From an uncultured Desulfosarcina sp. (lineage in GTDB: Bacteria; Desulfobacterota; Desulfobacteria; Desulfobacterales; Desulfosarcinaceae), in NCBI GenBank assembly GCA_963674945.2, contig CAXXWQ010000004.1, positions 256,001-320,000 of the forward strand: 64,000 nucleotides of DNA, given 5' to 3'. Positions within the stretch are counted from its first letter, which is position 1; every line of letters starts with the position of its first letter. Of the stretch, positions 40,025 through 49,382 are shown piece by piece. The notes below the pieces were generated by a model, which searched no databases, was not told the origin of the DNA, and saw only the letters and a program-made list of their open reading frames with translations. The position numbers were made by a program, and so were the translations under genes.

Positions 40025-41401
40025 TTACCATTCGCGCTTCCATTTTCGGCAAGCGGACACGAAATGTTGGGCTGCCTCGGGGCAACTGCCAAAGTGCAGA
40101 TGGACGTAGCTTCCCAAGGTCTGACCGGCTACGAAGCCTTCGGCACTCTTTTCATCGCCGACACGATCGGTCACCGCGTAGACACCGTCATTCCCGATGG
40201 TATCATCGATAATCGTCGAATAGTGAAACTCATGCCCCCGCATTGTCTGTCCAGCCGGTCCCAGAACGGTATCTTTCCGCTGAACAATCCGGCGGTAACC
40301 CAATGCCTTGAGACGGTCCAACATCCGGGTGCCAAAGGGCAGACAACCGGTCATGGGAAATTTGCCGCCTTTTGTGTCTCCCATGGTCCGGCAAAGGTAC
40401 ATGAAACCGCCGCATTCGCCGTAAATGGGCATCTGGCGCTGGCTCAAGGAGAGAATCTGTTGGCGCAAGGATTGGTTGTCAGCCAGCTGCCTTGCGTGCA
40501 GCTCCGGGTACCCGCCACCAAAATAGAGGCCGTGGATGCCTTCCGGCAGACGGCCGGCGGCAAGGGGTGAAAAATAGACCAGCCGGGCGCCGGCATCTTC
40601 CATAAGTTCCAGGTTTTCGGGGTAATAAAAACAAAAGGCGGCATCTTTTGCCACGCCGATGCGCACATCCACAGATGGTTTCGGATCCCGTGCCACGGGT
40701 AACCACTCCTGACAATCCACATCCGGCAACCTTTCGACGAGGCGATCCAGGTCCAACCGATCATCCATCAAGCGGGCCAGACGGTCACGATTGGCCTGTG
40801 TCATGTCGTGGTCCTCCCGGGTCACCAATCCCAGATGCCGTTCGGGAATGGATATGGCCTCGTCTCGCATCAACCCGCCCAGCACCGGCATGCGCACATG
40901 ACCCTCCATGGCTTCTTTCAAATATGCGAAATGCCGTTCACCGCCCAGGTGGTTGAACAGCACCCCCGCAAAATCCAGGTCGGGATCGAAGATTTCGAAG
41001 CCTTTGATGAGGGCAGCGGCACTTCGCGCCATGGAACGGGCACCCACCACCAGCACAACCGGAAGTTGCAACCATTTGGCCATCTGTGCGGTGGAACCCG
41101 CTTCACTTTTTCCATCGTATCCGTCGAACAGGCCCATTACCCCCTCGACGACGGCGATGTCGACATCTGCAACGTTTCGGAAAAACGTGGCAATATTATA
41201 GGCCCGGCTGAGCATCCAACCGTCCAGGTTACGGCTGATCCGGCCCGTTATCCGGCTGTGGTGGCCGGGGTCGATAAAATCCGGGCCCACCTTGAAGGGT
41301 GCGACCCTGTACCCCTTGGTGGTGAGCGCGGCCATCAATCCCAACGTAACGGTTGTTTTTCCGGCCCCGCTGTGGGTACCGGCGATGACGATGCCTTTAA
41401 T
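40025..41401 (-). CDS. cbiA: cobyrinate a,c-diamide synthase; apparent ATT start
   Basis: frame opens at ATT 41401 giving (M)[64 protein letters not shown]. Confidence 0.93.
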   Translation of the reverse strand: MKGIVIAGTHSGAGKTTVTLGLMAALTTKGYRVAPFKVGPDFIDPGHHSRITGRISRNLDGWMLSRAYNIATFFRNVADVDIAVVEGVMGLFDGYDGKSEAGSTAQMAKWLQLPVVLVVGARSMARSAAALIKGFEIFDPDLDFAGVLFNHLGGERHFAYLKEAMEGHVRMPVLGGLMRDEAISIPERHLGLVTREDHDMTQANRDRLARLMDDRLDLDRLVERLPDVDCQEWLPVARDPKPSVDVRIGVAKDAAFCFYYPENLELMEDAGARLVYFSPLAAGRLPEGIHGLYFGGGYPELHARQLADNQSLRQQILSLSQRQMPIYGECGGFMYLCRTMGDTKGGKFPMTGCLPFGTRMLDRLKALGYRRIVQRKDTVLGPAGQTMRGHEFHYSTIIDDTIGNDGVYAVTDRVGDEKSAEGFVAGQTLGSYVHLHFGSCPEAAQHFVSACRKWKREW

Positions 41402-41420
41402 GGAAGCCTCCCGTCATGAT

Positions 41421-42392
41421 TTAATGATCAGTGTTCATCCCGGCCATTTCCAATATCCGCCTGCCTTCGGAGCAATATAGATCCGGATAGAGCAGACACC
41501 CGATACGGTAAATGCCCACCAGCAGTTCCATGGTCGGCCGTGAAACGATGGTTTCTTCGATCTGATACACCCGCCCCTCCTTGACGGCCTTAATAGCTCC
41601 GAATCCCGGCTCATCCATGATGGCGGCCACCGAAATCCGGTTCATGGGGCCCTGCTGGGACAAGAAAACGTCGATCTGCCCGGCATGGGAAAGCAGACGC
41701 TCCTTTCCATAAACGGCGATGTTGTTCTTTTCCCGCACCGGTGCATCGGAAGCCACATTCATTCCCCCGGCGGTCTCCAGGACGAAGATGGCCATGGCCG
41801 TCGGAGAAAAGGTCTTCATCTTGCTGTGGATGGCCTCGAAGTACACCCGTTCGGGGTTCTCCACCCGGCCGGACAATCGTTTGAATTCATCCACGGCCGA
41901 CGCGAAACGCGTCGCAACGGCACGGGCTTCGGGCTCATTTCCCACGAGCGTTCCCAGCAGGTTCCAGTACGGTGTCAGTTGGGAAACCTCCGTGGGTTGA
42001 CACGACACCACCTGAATCCCGCTTTGCCGGAGACGGTGAACCAGCCTCGGATATCCGCGTTCGATCATTGGCCGAACCAGCACCAAATCCGGCCTGGCGG
42101 CCAAAAATCGTTCCGGATCGTCGTGATAAGAAAAAACCGGCTTCCCTGTAACGCCCGAAAGATATACCGACTGCCGGTCGACACCGATGATCCGGTCGAC
42201 GGCATCCAGTGCAACGAGGTTCACGGTATGTGCCCCATACAGGGAGATAATACGTTTATAAGGGGCGCCAGCCAAGACGGCATGGTCCGGGGCCGTGGCC
42301 CGTGCGAACTTCCCCTGGCCCAACATCAGCCAGGCAATGAACCAGACGGGAAAAACGATCAAGGCAAAAACGCAGCGCCTCTTAACTTCCAT
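41421..42392 (-). CDS. btuF: ABC transporter substrate-binding protein (BtuF-like, corrinoid)
   Basis: RIISL, IIGVD, PDLVL, IKAVKEGRVY; in B12-riboswitch operon. Confidence 0.8.
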   Translation of the reverse strand: MEVKRRCVFALIVFPVWFIAWLMLGQGKFARATAPDHAVLAGAPYKRIISLYGAHTVNLVALDAVDRIIGVDRQSVYLSGVTGKPVFSYHDDPERFLAARPDLVLVRPMIERGYPRLVHRLRQSGIQVVSCQPTEVSQLTPYWNLLGTLVGNEPEARAVATRFASAVDEFKRLSGRVENPERVYFEAIHSKMKTFSPTAMAIFVLETAGGMNVASDAPVREKNNIAVYGKERLLSHAGQIDVFLSQQGPMNRISVAAIMDEPGFGAIKAVKEGRVYQIEETIVSRPTMELLVGIYRIGCLLYPDLYCSEGRRILEMAGMNTDH

Positions 42393-42408
42393 CTCCCCTC
42401 CTCTTTTG

Positions 42409-43185
42409 TCAGGCCCGCTTGTACCGGACCTGAAGATTTCCCGTAAAATCGTCCAACGTCACCTTAGCCCGAATATCAAACACCCGTTTTAAACTTTCGG
42501 GTGTCAGCACCGCCTTTGTCGGCCCGACGGCCTTCACCCGTCCGGATTGGAGAATCACCAAGTACTGGCTGTAGGCCGATGCCAGGTTCAGGTCCTGGAA
42601 CACGGCGATCACCGTTCGGCCTTCGGTCCTGACCAGATCGCGTACCCGATCCAGCAACACCAGGGCGTGGCATACATCCAGGTTGGCCGTGGCCTCGTCC
42701 AACACCAGTACGGGCGCATGCTGGGCAAGGGCACGGGCAAAGATCACCCGCTGGCGCTCCCCTCCGCTCAAGGTGGTGATGGAACGATCCTTGAGAAAAA
42801 GCAGATCGCAGTCTGCCATCACCTTCTCCACGAGTTTCAAATCCACCGGAGACAGGGTACCAAACCGGGGCGTGTGCGGATACCGCCCCATGCGAACCAC
42901 ATCTTCGACGGAAAAGGAGAAGTGAATCGTGTAATTCTGGGGCACAAGGGCGATCCGGCGGGCAAGGGCCCTTTTGTCATATGCTGCAAGTGGCCTGCCA
43001 TCCAAAAAAATTTGGCCATTTCGGGGCCTTTTGTGCCGGCAGATCAAATCCAGCAACGTGGTCTTGCCGCATCCGTTGGGACCGATGATGCCTATGAATT
43101 TTCCGGCGGGCAGGACCAGATCCAGGTCCTCGAACAAGTCCTTGCCCGGATGGGAGAAGTTTACGCCGGAGAGCTCGAATGCCAC
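42409..43185 (-). CDS. btuD: ABC transporter ATP-binding protein (BtuD/FepC-like)
   Basis: GPNGCGKTT, LSGGERQRV, LDEAT; GTG start at 43185. Confidence 0.85.
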   Translation of the reverse strand: MAFELSGVNFSHPGKDLFEDLDLVLPAGKFIGIIGPNGCGKTTLLDLICRHKRPRNGQIFLDGRPLAAYDKRALARRIALVPQNYTIHFSFSVEDVVRMGRYPHTPRFGTLSPVDLKLVEKVMADCDLLFLKDRSITTLSGGERQRVIFARALAQHAPVLVLDEATANLDVCHALVLLDRVRDLVRTEGRTVIAVFQDLNLASAYSQYLVILQSGRVKAVGPTKAVLTPESLKRVFDIRAKVTLDDFTGNLQVRYKRA

Positions 43186-43187
43186 GA

Positions 43188-44264
43188 TTATTCCCCCATT
43201 TGGCCGGTCTGGCGTTTGCGGAAGAGGTAACAAAAAAACGGTCCGCCGATGAGCGCCGTGAGTACACCGATGGGAATCTCGTGGGGCAATACGGCCCGGG
43301 TCACCGTGTCGGCAATCAGAAGCAGGATCGCACCGCAAAAAAAGGACAGCGGCAACAGGCGCCGGTTGTCCGGGCCCACCAGCGCACGCATCATGTGAGG
43401 AACAAGCAGTCCCACGAAACCGATGATTCCGGAAACGGCCACGCAGGCAGCCGCCACAAGGGAAGCGGTGACCAACAGAATCCAGGGAACACGGCGAGTA
43501 TCCACCCCCAGCGATGCGGCGGTTCTGCGCCCCAGGCACAAAAGGTTCAGGTCCCGGGCATAGAAAACGAAAATCCCCATTCCGAAGATCAGAAAAATGG
43601 CGGTCAGGCCCACATCGGCCCATGTCTTGGAGGAAAAACTCCCCATGAGCCAGAAGATGATCACCGACACCTGTTCATCGGCAACGAACTTTAAGAAACT
43701 GATGCCGGCGGACAATATGGCCGCAACGATGATGCCGGACAATATCAGGTTGTTGGCATCGGCCCCACCCGCGGACGACGATAGATAGATGACCAATACG
43801 AGTGTGGCGGCAGCACCGATGAAAGCGCACACCGGAACGCTGTAAATTCCGGCAACGGTCAGATTGAAAAGCAGGGCAAGGGCGGCACCGAAGGCGGCAC
43901 CGGCGGACACGCCCAGCGTATACGGGTCGGCCAAAGGGTTGAGCAGGATCCCTTGAAAGATGACGCCGCAGAGCGAAAGGCCTCCGCCCACCAGAGCGGC
44001 GGTGAGAATTCGCGGCAACCGCACCTCCATGATGACGACACGCGTCAGCTCGTCCAGATCGGTTGCCGGCGGCAGGTCACCAGCCAAGCTGCCACCGATG
44101 ACCCGCAGGACGTCCAACCAGCCGATTTTGATGTATCCCATCCCGGCAGACAAACCGACCACGGACAAAAGCATCAAGACCAACAGGACCATGAGAAGCA
44201 GGCTGTGGGCTCCGAGTCGTTTGGAAAGTTTGTCACCCACCATATCGTTCACCGGTTGTCCCAT
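43188..44264 (-). CDS. btuC: FecCD-family ABC permease (BtuC-like)
   Basis: RLPR, NPLADPYTLGVSAGA, GIIGFVGLLVPH, EIPIG. Confidence 0.88.
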   Translation of the reverse strand: MGQPVNDMVGDKLSKRLGAHSLLLMVLLVLMLLSVVGLSAGMGYIKIGWLDVLRVIGGSLAGDLPPATDLDELTRVVIMEVRLPRILTAALVGGGLSLCGVIFQGILLNPLADPYTLGVSAGAAFGAALALLFNLTVAGIYSVPVCAFIGAAATLVLVIYLSSSAGGADANNLILSGIIVAAILSAGISFLKFVADEQVSVIIFWLMGSFSSKTWADVGLTAIFLIFGMGIFVFYARDLNLLCLGRRTAASLGVDTRRVPWILLVTASLVAAACVAVSGIIGFVGLLVPHMMRALVGPDNRRLLPLSFFCGAILLLIADTVTRAVLPHEIPIGVLTALIGGPFFCYLFRKRQTGQMGE

Positions 44265-44311
44265 CCCCGCGTATTTCCCGATTTCCGCCAGATCACGCGT
44301 GAAGATCCCTC

Positions 44312-44355
44312 AAATAAAAAAACCCTTCAAACCTATAATCCCGGTTCAAAGGGTT
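44312..44355 (-). terminator. intrinsic terminator in the riboswitch leader (expression platform)
   Basis: minus strand AACCCTTTGAACC-GGGATTATA-GGTTTGAAGGGTT followed by a T-run. Confidence 0.8.
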
Positions 44356-44431
44356 GCACCCGTATTTCTTGGCCCTTACTGACCTCTATTGCCGTAAAAC
44401 GCGTTTCCTAAGAAAACGTTTCCGGCACTTC

Positions 44432-44612
44432 GTTCAGGCAGGTCTTCTGGCTTCCCCGGCCCGTTGATTGCCTTCCCATACCGCAGTGGCGGCACAGTGA
44501 CGAGTGGTTCAACGGTTCCCTTGCATGCACGGACAAGGGGCAGAGGTTACAGCGGCGGGACCGCTCCCGGTTTTCACGGGATTCCCTTTTAAGCAAAATG
44601 CACCTTGGTCAG
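44432..44612 (-). ncRNA. cobalamin (AdoCbl) riboswitch
   Basis: minus strand AGGTGC..AAAAGGGAATCCCGTGAAAACCGGGAGCGGTCCCGCCGCTGTAA..GCCACTG..TGGGAAGG..AAGCCAGAAGACCTGCC, upstream of btu/cbi genes. Confidence 0.95.
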
Positions 44613-44802
44613 TGCTTGTAGGCCATATACACGTTGCTGTCAATGCACAATACGAAGGGCAATGGGAAAACCCGATGCGGATGCGGTACAATCAATGAAT
44701 CTTGGCTGCACGGGAAAAAGGATCATGCAAGGTTGAAAATCTCCTTCGGTTAATGGTATGTTAAGCGGTTAGAAATTTATTAAAATAGGAAAATTCTACC
44801 AA

Positions 44803-46161
44803 ATGGGACTTCATAGAACAGACGTCGTCAGTTCCGGTTCTTTCGAGTTGGGCACTACACAGCCTCGCAGGCTCCAAGCGATTCTCGGCACATGCGTGGG
44901 CGTTGCGGTTTACGACGACAATGCCGGCGTGGGTGGAATCGTCCACCTCCTCTTACCAGAACCCATCAGCCCGACGAGTATTGATTTTCCCGAAAAATAC
45001 GCAACCACCGGTATGCCCCTGTTCCTGGACCAACTCATTGAAAAGGGTGCGACGATCCAGCACATGAAGGCGGTTGTGGCCGGAGGTGCCCTGGTGGGGC
45101 CGTTGACACACCAGGATATCAGTCTCGATATCGGCGGACGGACGGTGGAAAAAGTGACCGAGACCTTGGACAATTACGGAATCACGGTTGCCGATTCGGA
45201 AACCGGTGGATTTTTTACCTGCTGTATCGAACTGGACATGCAACAGTGGCATTGCCAGATCCGTCCCATCGGGTTCGATTCGGAAGTTACGGGTGAAACC
45301 GAATCAAAATCATCAACCATCGATATCCGTCATGCCATCGATTCTATCAAGCCCATCCCGCAGGTGGCCTTGAAGGTGTTGCGCCTTATCGAAGATGGAA
45401 CCTATGATACGGAAAAAATAGCCGAAGAAGTGAAAAAGGACCAGGTTATCAGTGCAAGGACCATTCAGCTTTGCAACTCGGCCCTCTTTTCCAAACGCCA
45501 GGATGTGGCATCCTTGGATCACGCCCTGGTCTTTCTCGGACAGAACCTTTTCGTGAAGCTGATCATCTCCGCTGCCGTACAAAGCTATTTCGGCCAGTGC
45601 GGCAACGGGTACAGTCTGTGCAAAGGTGGCATCTACCACCATGCCATCGGTACGGCGATGGTGTCGGAAAAAATTGCCAATACTACGGGAAAGGCCGTGC
45701 CCGGCGTCGCCTATACCGCCGGCCTGCTCCATGACATCGGAAAGGTCGTTCTCGATCAATATATCATCGACGCCTATCCCATGCTCTACAGGGAGTTTCA
45801 GGACCGGCAGAACGAAATCATCGGTGTGGAAACGAAAGCCTTAGGGCTGGACCATACCCGCGCCGGCGAAGTATTGGCAAAAAAATGGGCCTTGCCCAAT
45901 GTTCTTGTCGATGCCATTCGATTTCACCACCAGCCGGGAAAAAGCGTCCATGACCGATCCCTCACCACCATCGTCTATCTGGCAGATCTCCTCATGTCCA
46001 GGTTTCATTCCGGTCTCGAGTTGGAGCGCATCGGGACCGAAAGCCTGGTCGAGAGCCTGGCCCGATTGGACCTTACCACGGAAGAGTTCAGCCACCTCGT
46101 CGACCTGATCCCCGAAAAAGTTTTCGAACCGGCAGACGAATCCGGAGAGGACGCCTTCTAA
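44803..46161 (+). CDS. CheD-HDOD fusion protein
   Basis: N-terminal LGTCVGV, H..LP, KYA, AGGA (CheD deamidase-like); C-terminal HDOD with AGLLHDIGK, DH..AG, W.LP, HH. Confidence 0.88.
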   Translation: MGLHRTDVVSSGSFELGTTQPRRLQAILGTCVGVAVYDDNAGVGGIVHLLLPEPISPTSIDFPEKYATTGMPLFLDQLIEKGATIQHMKAVVAGGALVGPLTHQDISLDIGGRTVEKVTETLDNYGITVADSETGGFFTCCIELDMQQWHCQIRPIGFDSEVTGETESKSSTIDIRHAIDSIKPIPQVALKVLRLIEDGTYDTEKIAEEVKKDQVISARTIQLCNSALFSKRQDVASLDHALVFLGQNLFVKLIISAAVQSYFGQCGNGYSLCKGGIYHHAIGTAMVSEKIANTTGKAVPGVAYTAGLLHDIGKVVLDQYIIDAYPMLYREFQDRQNEIIGVETKALGLDHTRAGEVLAKKWALPNVLVDAIRFHHQPGKSVHDRSLTTIVYLADLLMSRFHSGLELERIGTESLVESLARLDLTTEEFSHLVDLIPEKVFEPADESGEDAF

Positions 46162-46190
46162 CGCCGATATACGAGGAAAGCCCTACGTTC

Positions 46191-47609
46191 ATGGAAAACA
46201 AACAACAGGCGCAATTGAAAAAGATTCCAGGAGTGGATCGCATTCTCGAGTACGGCACCCAGGAGGGGCTCTTCGACGATATCCCGAAATCGTTGCTGGT
46301 TCGTGCCATCCGAAGGGAAGTAGACGGCCTTCGGTCCCGGATACTGAAATCAGACATCCCCCTGGACGAAAGCATTCTCACGATGGAAGTTCTTTGTTCC
46401 CGTATCGAAGCCGATGCACAAAAGGACATGGCCCACAGGCTCAAACGCACCATCAATGCAACAGGGATCGTGGTGCACACCAACCTGGGACGATCACTTC
46501 TGTCCCCGGCAGTCATGGAGAACCTGACCACCATCTCCGGTCGCTATTCCAATCTGGAATTCGATCTGGAAAAGGGCCGACGCGGTTCCCGCTATTCGGC
46601 CGTGGAAGACATTCTCTGCGAATTGACCGGTGCCAATGCCGCAATGGTCGTGAACAACAATGCGGCCGCCGTTTTACTGTGCCTGGACACACTGGCCACC
46701 GGCCGTGAGGTGATCGTCTCCCGTGGAGAGCTGATCGAAATCGGCGGTGCATTCCGGATCCCGGACGTCATGACAAAAAGCGGTGCCATCCTGAAAGAGG
46801 TGGGAACGACCAATCGCACCCATCCCCACGATTATGAAAATGCCATCGGTGACCAGACGGGACTCCTGCTCAAGGCACATACCAGCAATTACCATATCGT
46901 GGGTTTCACAGCGGCGGTTTCCCTTGCAGACCTGGTCGCCATGGGCAGACGCCACGACATTGCCGTTATGGAAGATTTGGGCAGCGGTACGCTGGTGGAT
47001 TTTTCCAACTACGGCCTGATCAAAGAGCCCACCGTGCAAGAATCACTTGCAGCCGGTGTCGACGTGGTTACGTTCAGTGGAGACAAGTTGCTCGGCGGGC
47101 CCCAGGCCGGCATCATTCTCGGGAGCAAGAGGCACATTGACCGGATCAAGGCAAATCCGCTAACCAGAGCCCTTCGCATCGACAAGATGACCCTGGCCGC
47201 CCTGGAAGGCACACTGCGACTCTATCGGGATCAACGCCAGGCAATGGGACAGATTCCCACCTTGCGAATGCTGACACTGCCGCTTTCGACCATCGAGGCC
47301 AGGGCTGTACAATTGCGATCGAAGCTGCAGCGGTTGGAAAAAACACGGCTTACGGTCACGATATTGGATCTGTCCAGCAAAGCCGGTGGCGGTTCCTTGC
47401 CCCTGTTGGAACTTCCCAGCCGTTGCGTGGGGGTTACCATAAAGGGGATTTCCCCGAACGCCATCGAAAGCTGGATGCGCAGGCACACGCCACCCATTAT
47501 CGGCAGAATCGAAAACGATCAATTCATCATGGATCCACGCACCCTGCAGGAAGAGGAGACGGACATGATCGAAGAGGCCTTTGCAGAAATGCTGGCCGAG
47601 GGAAGGTAA
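46191..47609 (+). CDS. selA: L-seryl-tRNA(Sec) selenium transferase
   Basis: INATGIVVHTNLGR, VNNNAAA, SRGELIEIGGAFRIPD, SGDKLLGGPQ. Confidence 0.97.
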   Translation: MENKQQAQLKKIPGVDRILEYGTQEGLFDDIPKSLLVRAIRREVDGLRSRILKSDIPLDESILTMEVLCSRIEADAQKDMAHRLKRTINATGIVVHTNLGRSLLSPAVMENLTTISGRYSNLEFDLEKGRRGSRYSAVEDILCELTGANAAMVVNNNAAAVLLCLDTLATGREVIVSRGELIEIGGAFRIPDVMTKSGAILKEVGTTNRTHPHDYENAIGDQTGLLLKAHTSNYHIVGFTAAVSLADLVAMGRRHDIAVMEDLGSGTLVDFSNYGLIKEPTVQESLAAGVDVVTFSGDKLLGGPQAGIILGSKRHIDRIKANPLTRALRIDKMTLAALEGTLRLYRDQRQAMGQIPTLRMLTLPLSTIEARAVQLRSKLQRLEKTRLTVTILDLSSKAGGGSLPLLELPSRCVGVTIKGISPNAIESWMRRHTPPIIGRIENDQFIMDPRTLQEEETDMIEEAFAEMLAEGR

Positions 47610-47613
47610 ATCG

Positions 47614-48969
47614 ATGACGAAGCAGACGACGGATCTTTTCACCCATCGAAGTTCGACCCAGGAGTTTCTCTTCTCCCGTTCCCATGACGCCTCGGGAGAC
47701 AGGGATCGCCCTTCGAATCGGACCGACGGGGAAAGTGTCGGAACAGCTCCGCTGAAATGTCACTTTCCCGAATTACTGGATCATCGGGAACTAACAGACG
47801 CCATCGACGCACGGATGGGGTCGGCGTCGGTTCTTTTTGCCATGGCCGTACAATTCCAATGGCCGGATCTGTCCGGGACCGATGATACGACCGTTCCCGA
47901 GGCCATGATTGCGGCCGTCACACCCCTGGCCGAGACCTGCCACGCCAATGGCGGCATATGGGGACAAATCGGCGACGATCGATTTGTCTGTGTCTTTGCC
48001 GACCTTGACGAATCCGATGGAATGAAGATGGCCGAGGGCCTTCAAAAGCGAATCGTCGACGAGGGACAATCGCCGGTCACCATTGGCGTCGCCACCCACC
48101 CGACCCTCGACGACACGCGCGTCCAGATCGTGGAGAATGCGCAAAAAGCCCTGGTCCATGCCGGCTTTTTCGGTTCGGGTGCCATCAATCGATTCGATTC
48201 GGTCAGTCTCAACATCAGCGGAGATCGCCGTTATCAGGCCGGTGATGTCGCCGGTGCCATGGACGAATACAAAAAGGGATTGTTGTTCGATCCCACCGAC
48301 GCCAACCTTTACAACAGTCTGGGCGTCTGCCACGGGGTGCAAAAAAATTACGAAAATGCATTGGCCGCATTTGAAAACGCCATCCGGTTGGCGCCGGAAG
48401 AGATGATGCCACGCTACAACAAAGGTTATATTCTTCTTTTGCAGGAAGATCGGGAGGCAGCGCTGGAGGACTTTCTGGCGGCCGACAAGATCGAACCCGG
48501 CATTTTCGAAGTTGTTTTTCATATCGGCCAGACTTATGTTGGGCTAAACGATCTGGACAGCGCCAGGCCGTATCTGGAATCGGCAACGGGAGCAAATTCC
48601 CGTTCCGGACCGGCGTTTCGGGGCCTTGGCGCTTGCCTTGCGGGACTGGGCCTTTCCAAGGAGGCCATTCAGGCCTATAAACAGGCGGTGAAGCTCAATC
48701 CCACCGATGCGGCCTCTCTTTCGAATCTGGGCGACTTGTACATTCAAAGAAACGAGAGCCTGGAGGTGGCATCGGCATTGTGCGAGCAAAGCGTTTGCCT
48801 TTCTCCGGAAAACGGCCTTTTTCGACATCGCCTGGCCCAGGCTTTCTTTCTCATGGACCGGTTGGACCAAGCCCTGGAGGAATTCGAGAAGGCAGTGGCA
48901 CTGGGCCATGACAGTCAATCCCGAATCGAGGAGATACAGTCACGATTGCTGGAGGCAAAGGCATCGTAA
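47614..48969 (+). CDS. TPR protein with N-terminal degenerate GGDEF-like domain
   Basis: GQIGDDRF..VTIGVA..AQKAL then about 7 TPR repeats. Confidence 0.8.
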   Translation: MTKQTTDLFTHRSSTQEFLFSRSHDASGDRDRPSNRTDGESVGTAPLKCHFPELLDHRELTDAIDARMGSASVLFAMAVQFQWPDLSGTDDTTVPEAMIAAVTPLAETCHANGGIWGQIGDDRFVCVFADLDESDGMKMAEGLQKRIVDEGQSPVTIGVATHPTLDDTRVQIVENAQKALVHAGFFGSGAINRFDSVSLNISGDRRYQAGDVAGAMDEYKKGLLFDPTDANLYNSLGVCHGVQKNYENALAAFENAIRLAPEEMMPRYNKGYILLLQEDREAALEDFLAADKIEPGIFEVVFHIGQTYVGLNDLDSARPYLESATGANSRSGPAFRGLGACLAGLGLSKEAIQAYKQAVKLNPTDAASLSNLGDLYIQRNESLEVASALCEQSVCLSPENGLFRHRLAQAFFLMDRLDQALEEFEKAVALGHDSQSRIEEIQSRLLEAKAS

Positions 48970-49001
48970 TCGTAACGAGTCCACGATAACAAAAAATGTC
49001 G

Positions 49002-49126
49002 GACGGCTTCGTAAAAAGTTCGAGATCAAGGATTGCGAGTCCCGAGGAATGAGGCGTATATAGAAATACGCCGCAATGACGAGGTGTGAAGCGTAACGCT
49101 GATATCGGACTCTTTACGAAGCCGTC
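49002..49126. repeat. ~125 bp palindromic MITE-like element, copy 2
   Basis: GACGGCTTCGTAAA...TTTACGAAGCCGTC ends; interior aligns with 7156-7281. Confidence 0.9.
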
Positions 49127-49148
49127 AATAAAAGGAGCGAGATCTTTC

Positions 49149-49382
49149 ATGCCCATCTACGAATACAAATGCAACGAATGTGGTCATACCTTTGAATACC
49201 TGGTGCTGGGCGGCGGTGAACCGGATCATTGCGCCGCGTGCCAATCCAACGACGTCTGTCGTTTGATGTCTACCTGCGGTTTCATGAGCAAGGGAAGCGG
49301 CGGCCAGATCGAAAGCAAGTCGGCGGGGACCTCTTCCTGCACCGGATGCAGCGCAACCAGTTGTGCCGGGTGCGGTCACTGA
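49149..49382 (+). CDS. FmdB-family zinc-ribbon protein
   Basis: MPIYEYKCNECG..FE..CAAC..Cys-rich tail; AAGGAG RBS. Confidence 0.92.
   Translation: MPIYEYKCNECGHTFEYLVLGGGEPDHCAACQSNDVCRLMSTCGFMSKGSGGQIESKSAGTSSCTGCSATSCAGCGH

Noticed and set aside
42409..43623. 404 aa extended ABC ATPase
   Set aside because: The extension overlaps the permease in another frame; the real start is GTG 43185.
46191..49382. Selenoprotein (UGA read-through) near selA
   Set aside because: The TGA stops I inspected fall at normal family C-termini (for example the FmdB TGA overlapping the hemC ATG), and no SECIS-like context was recognised.
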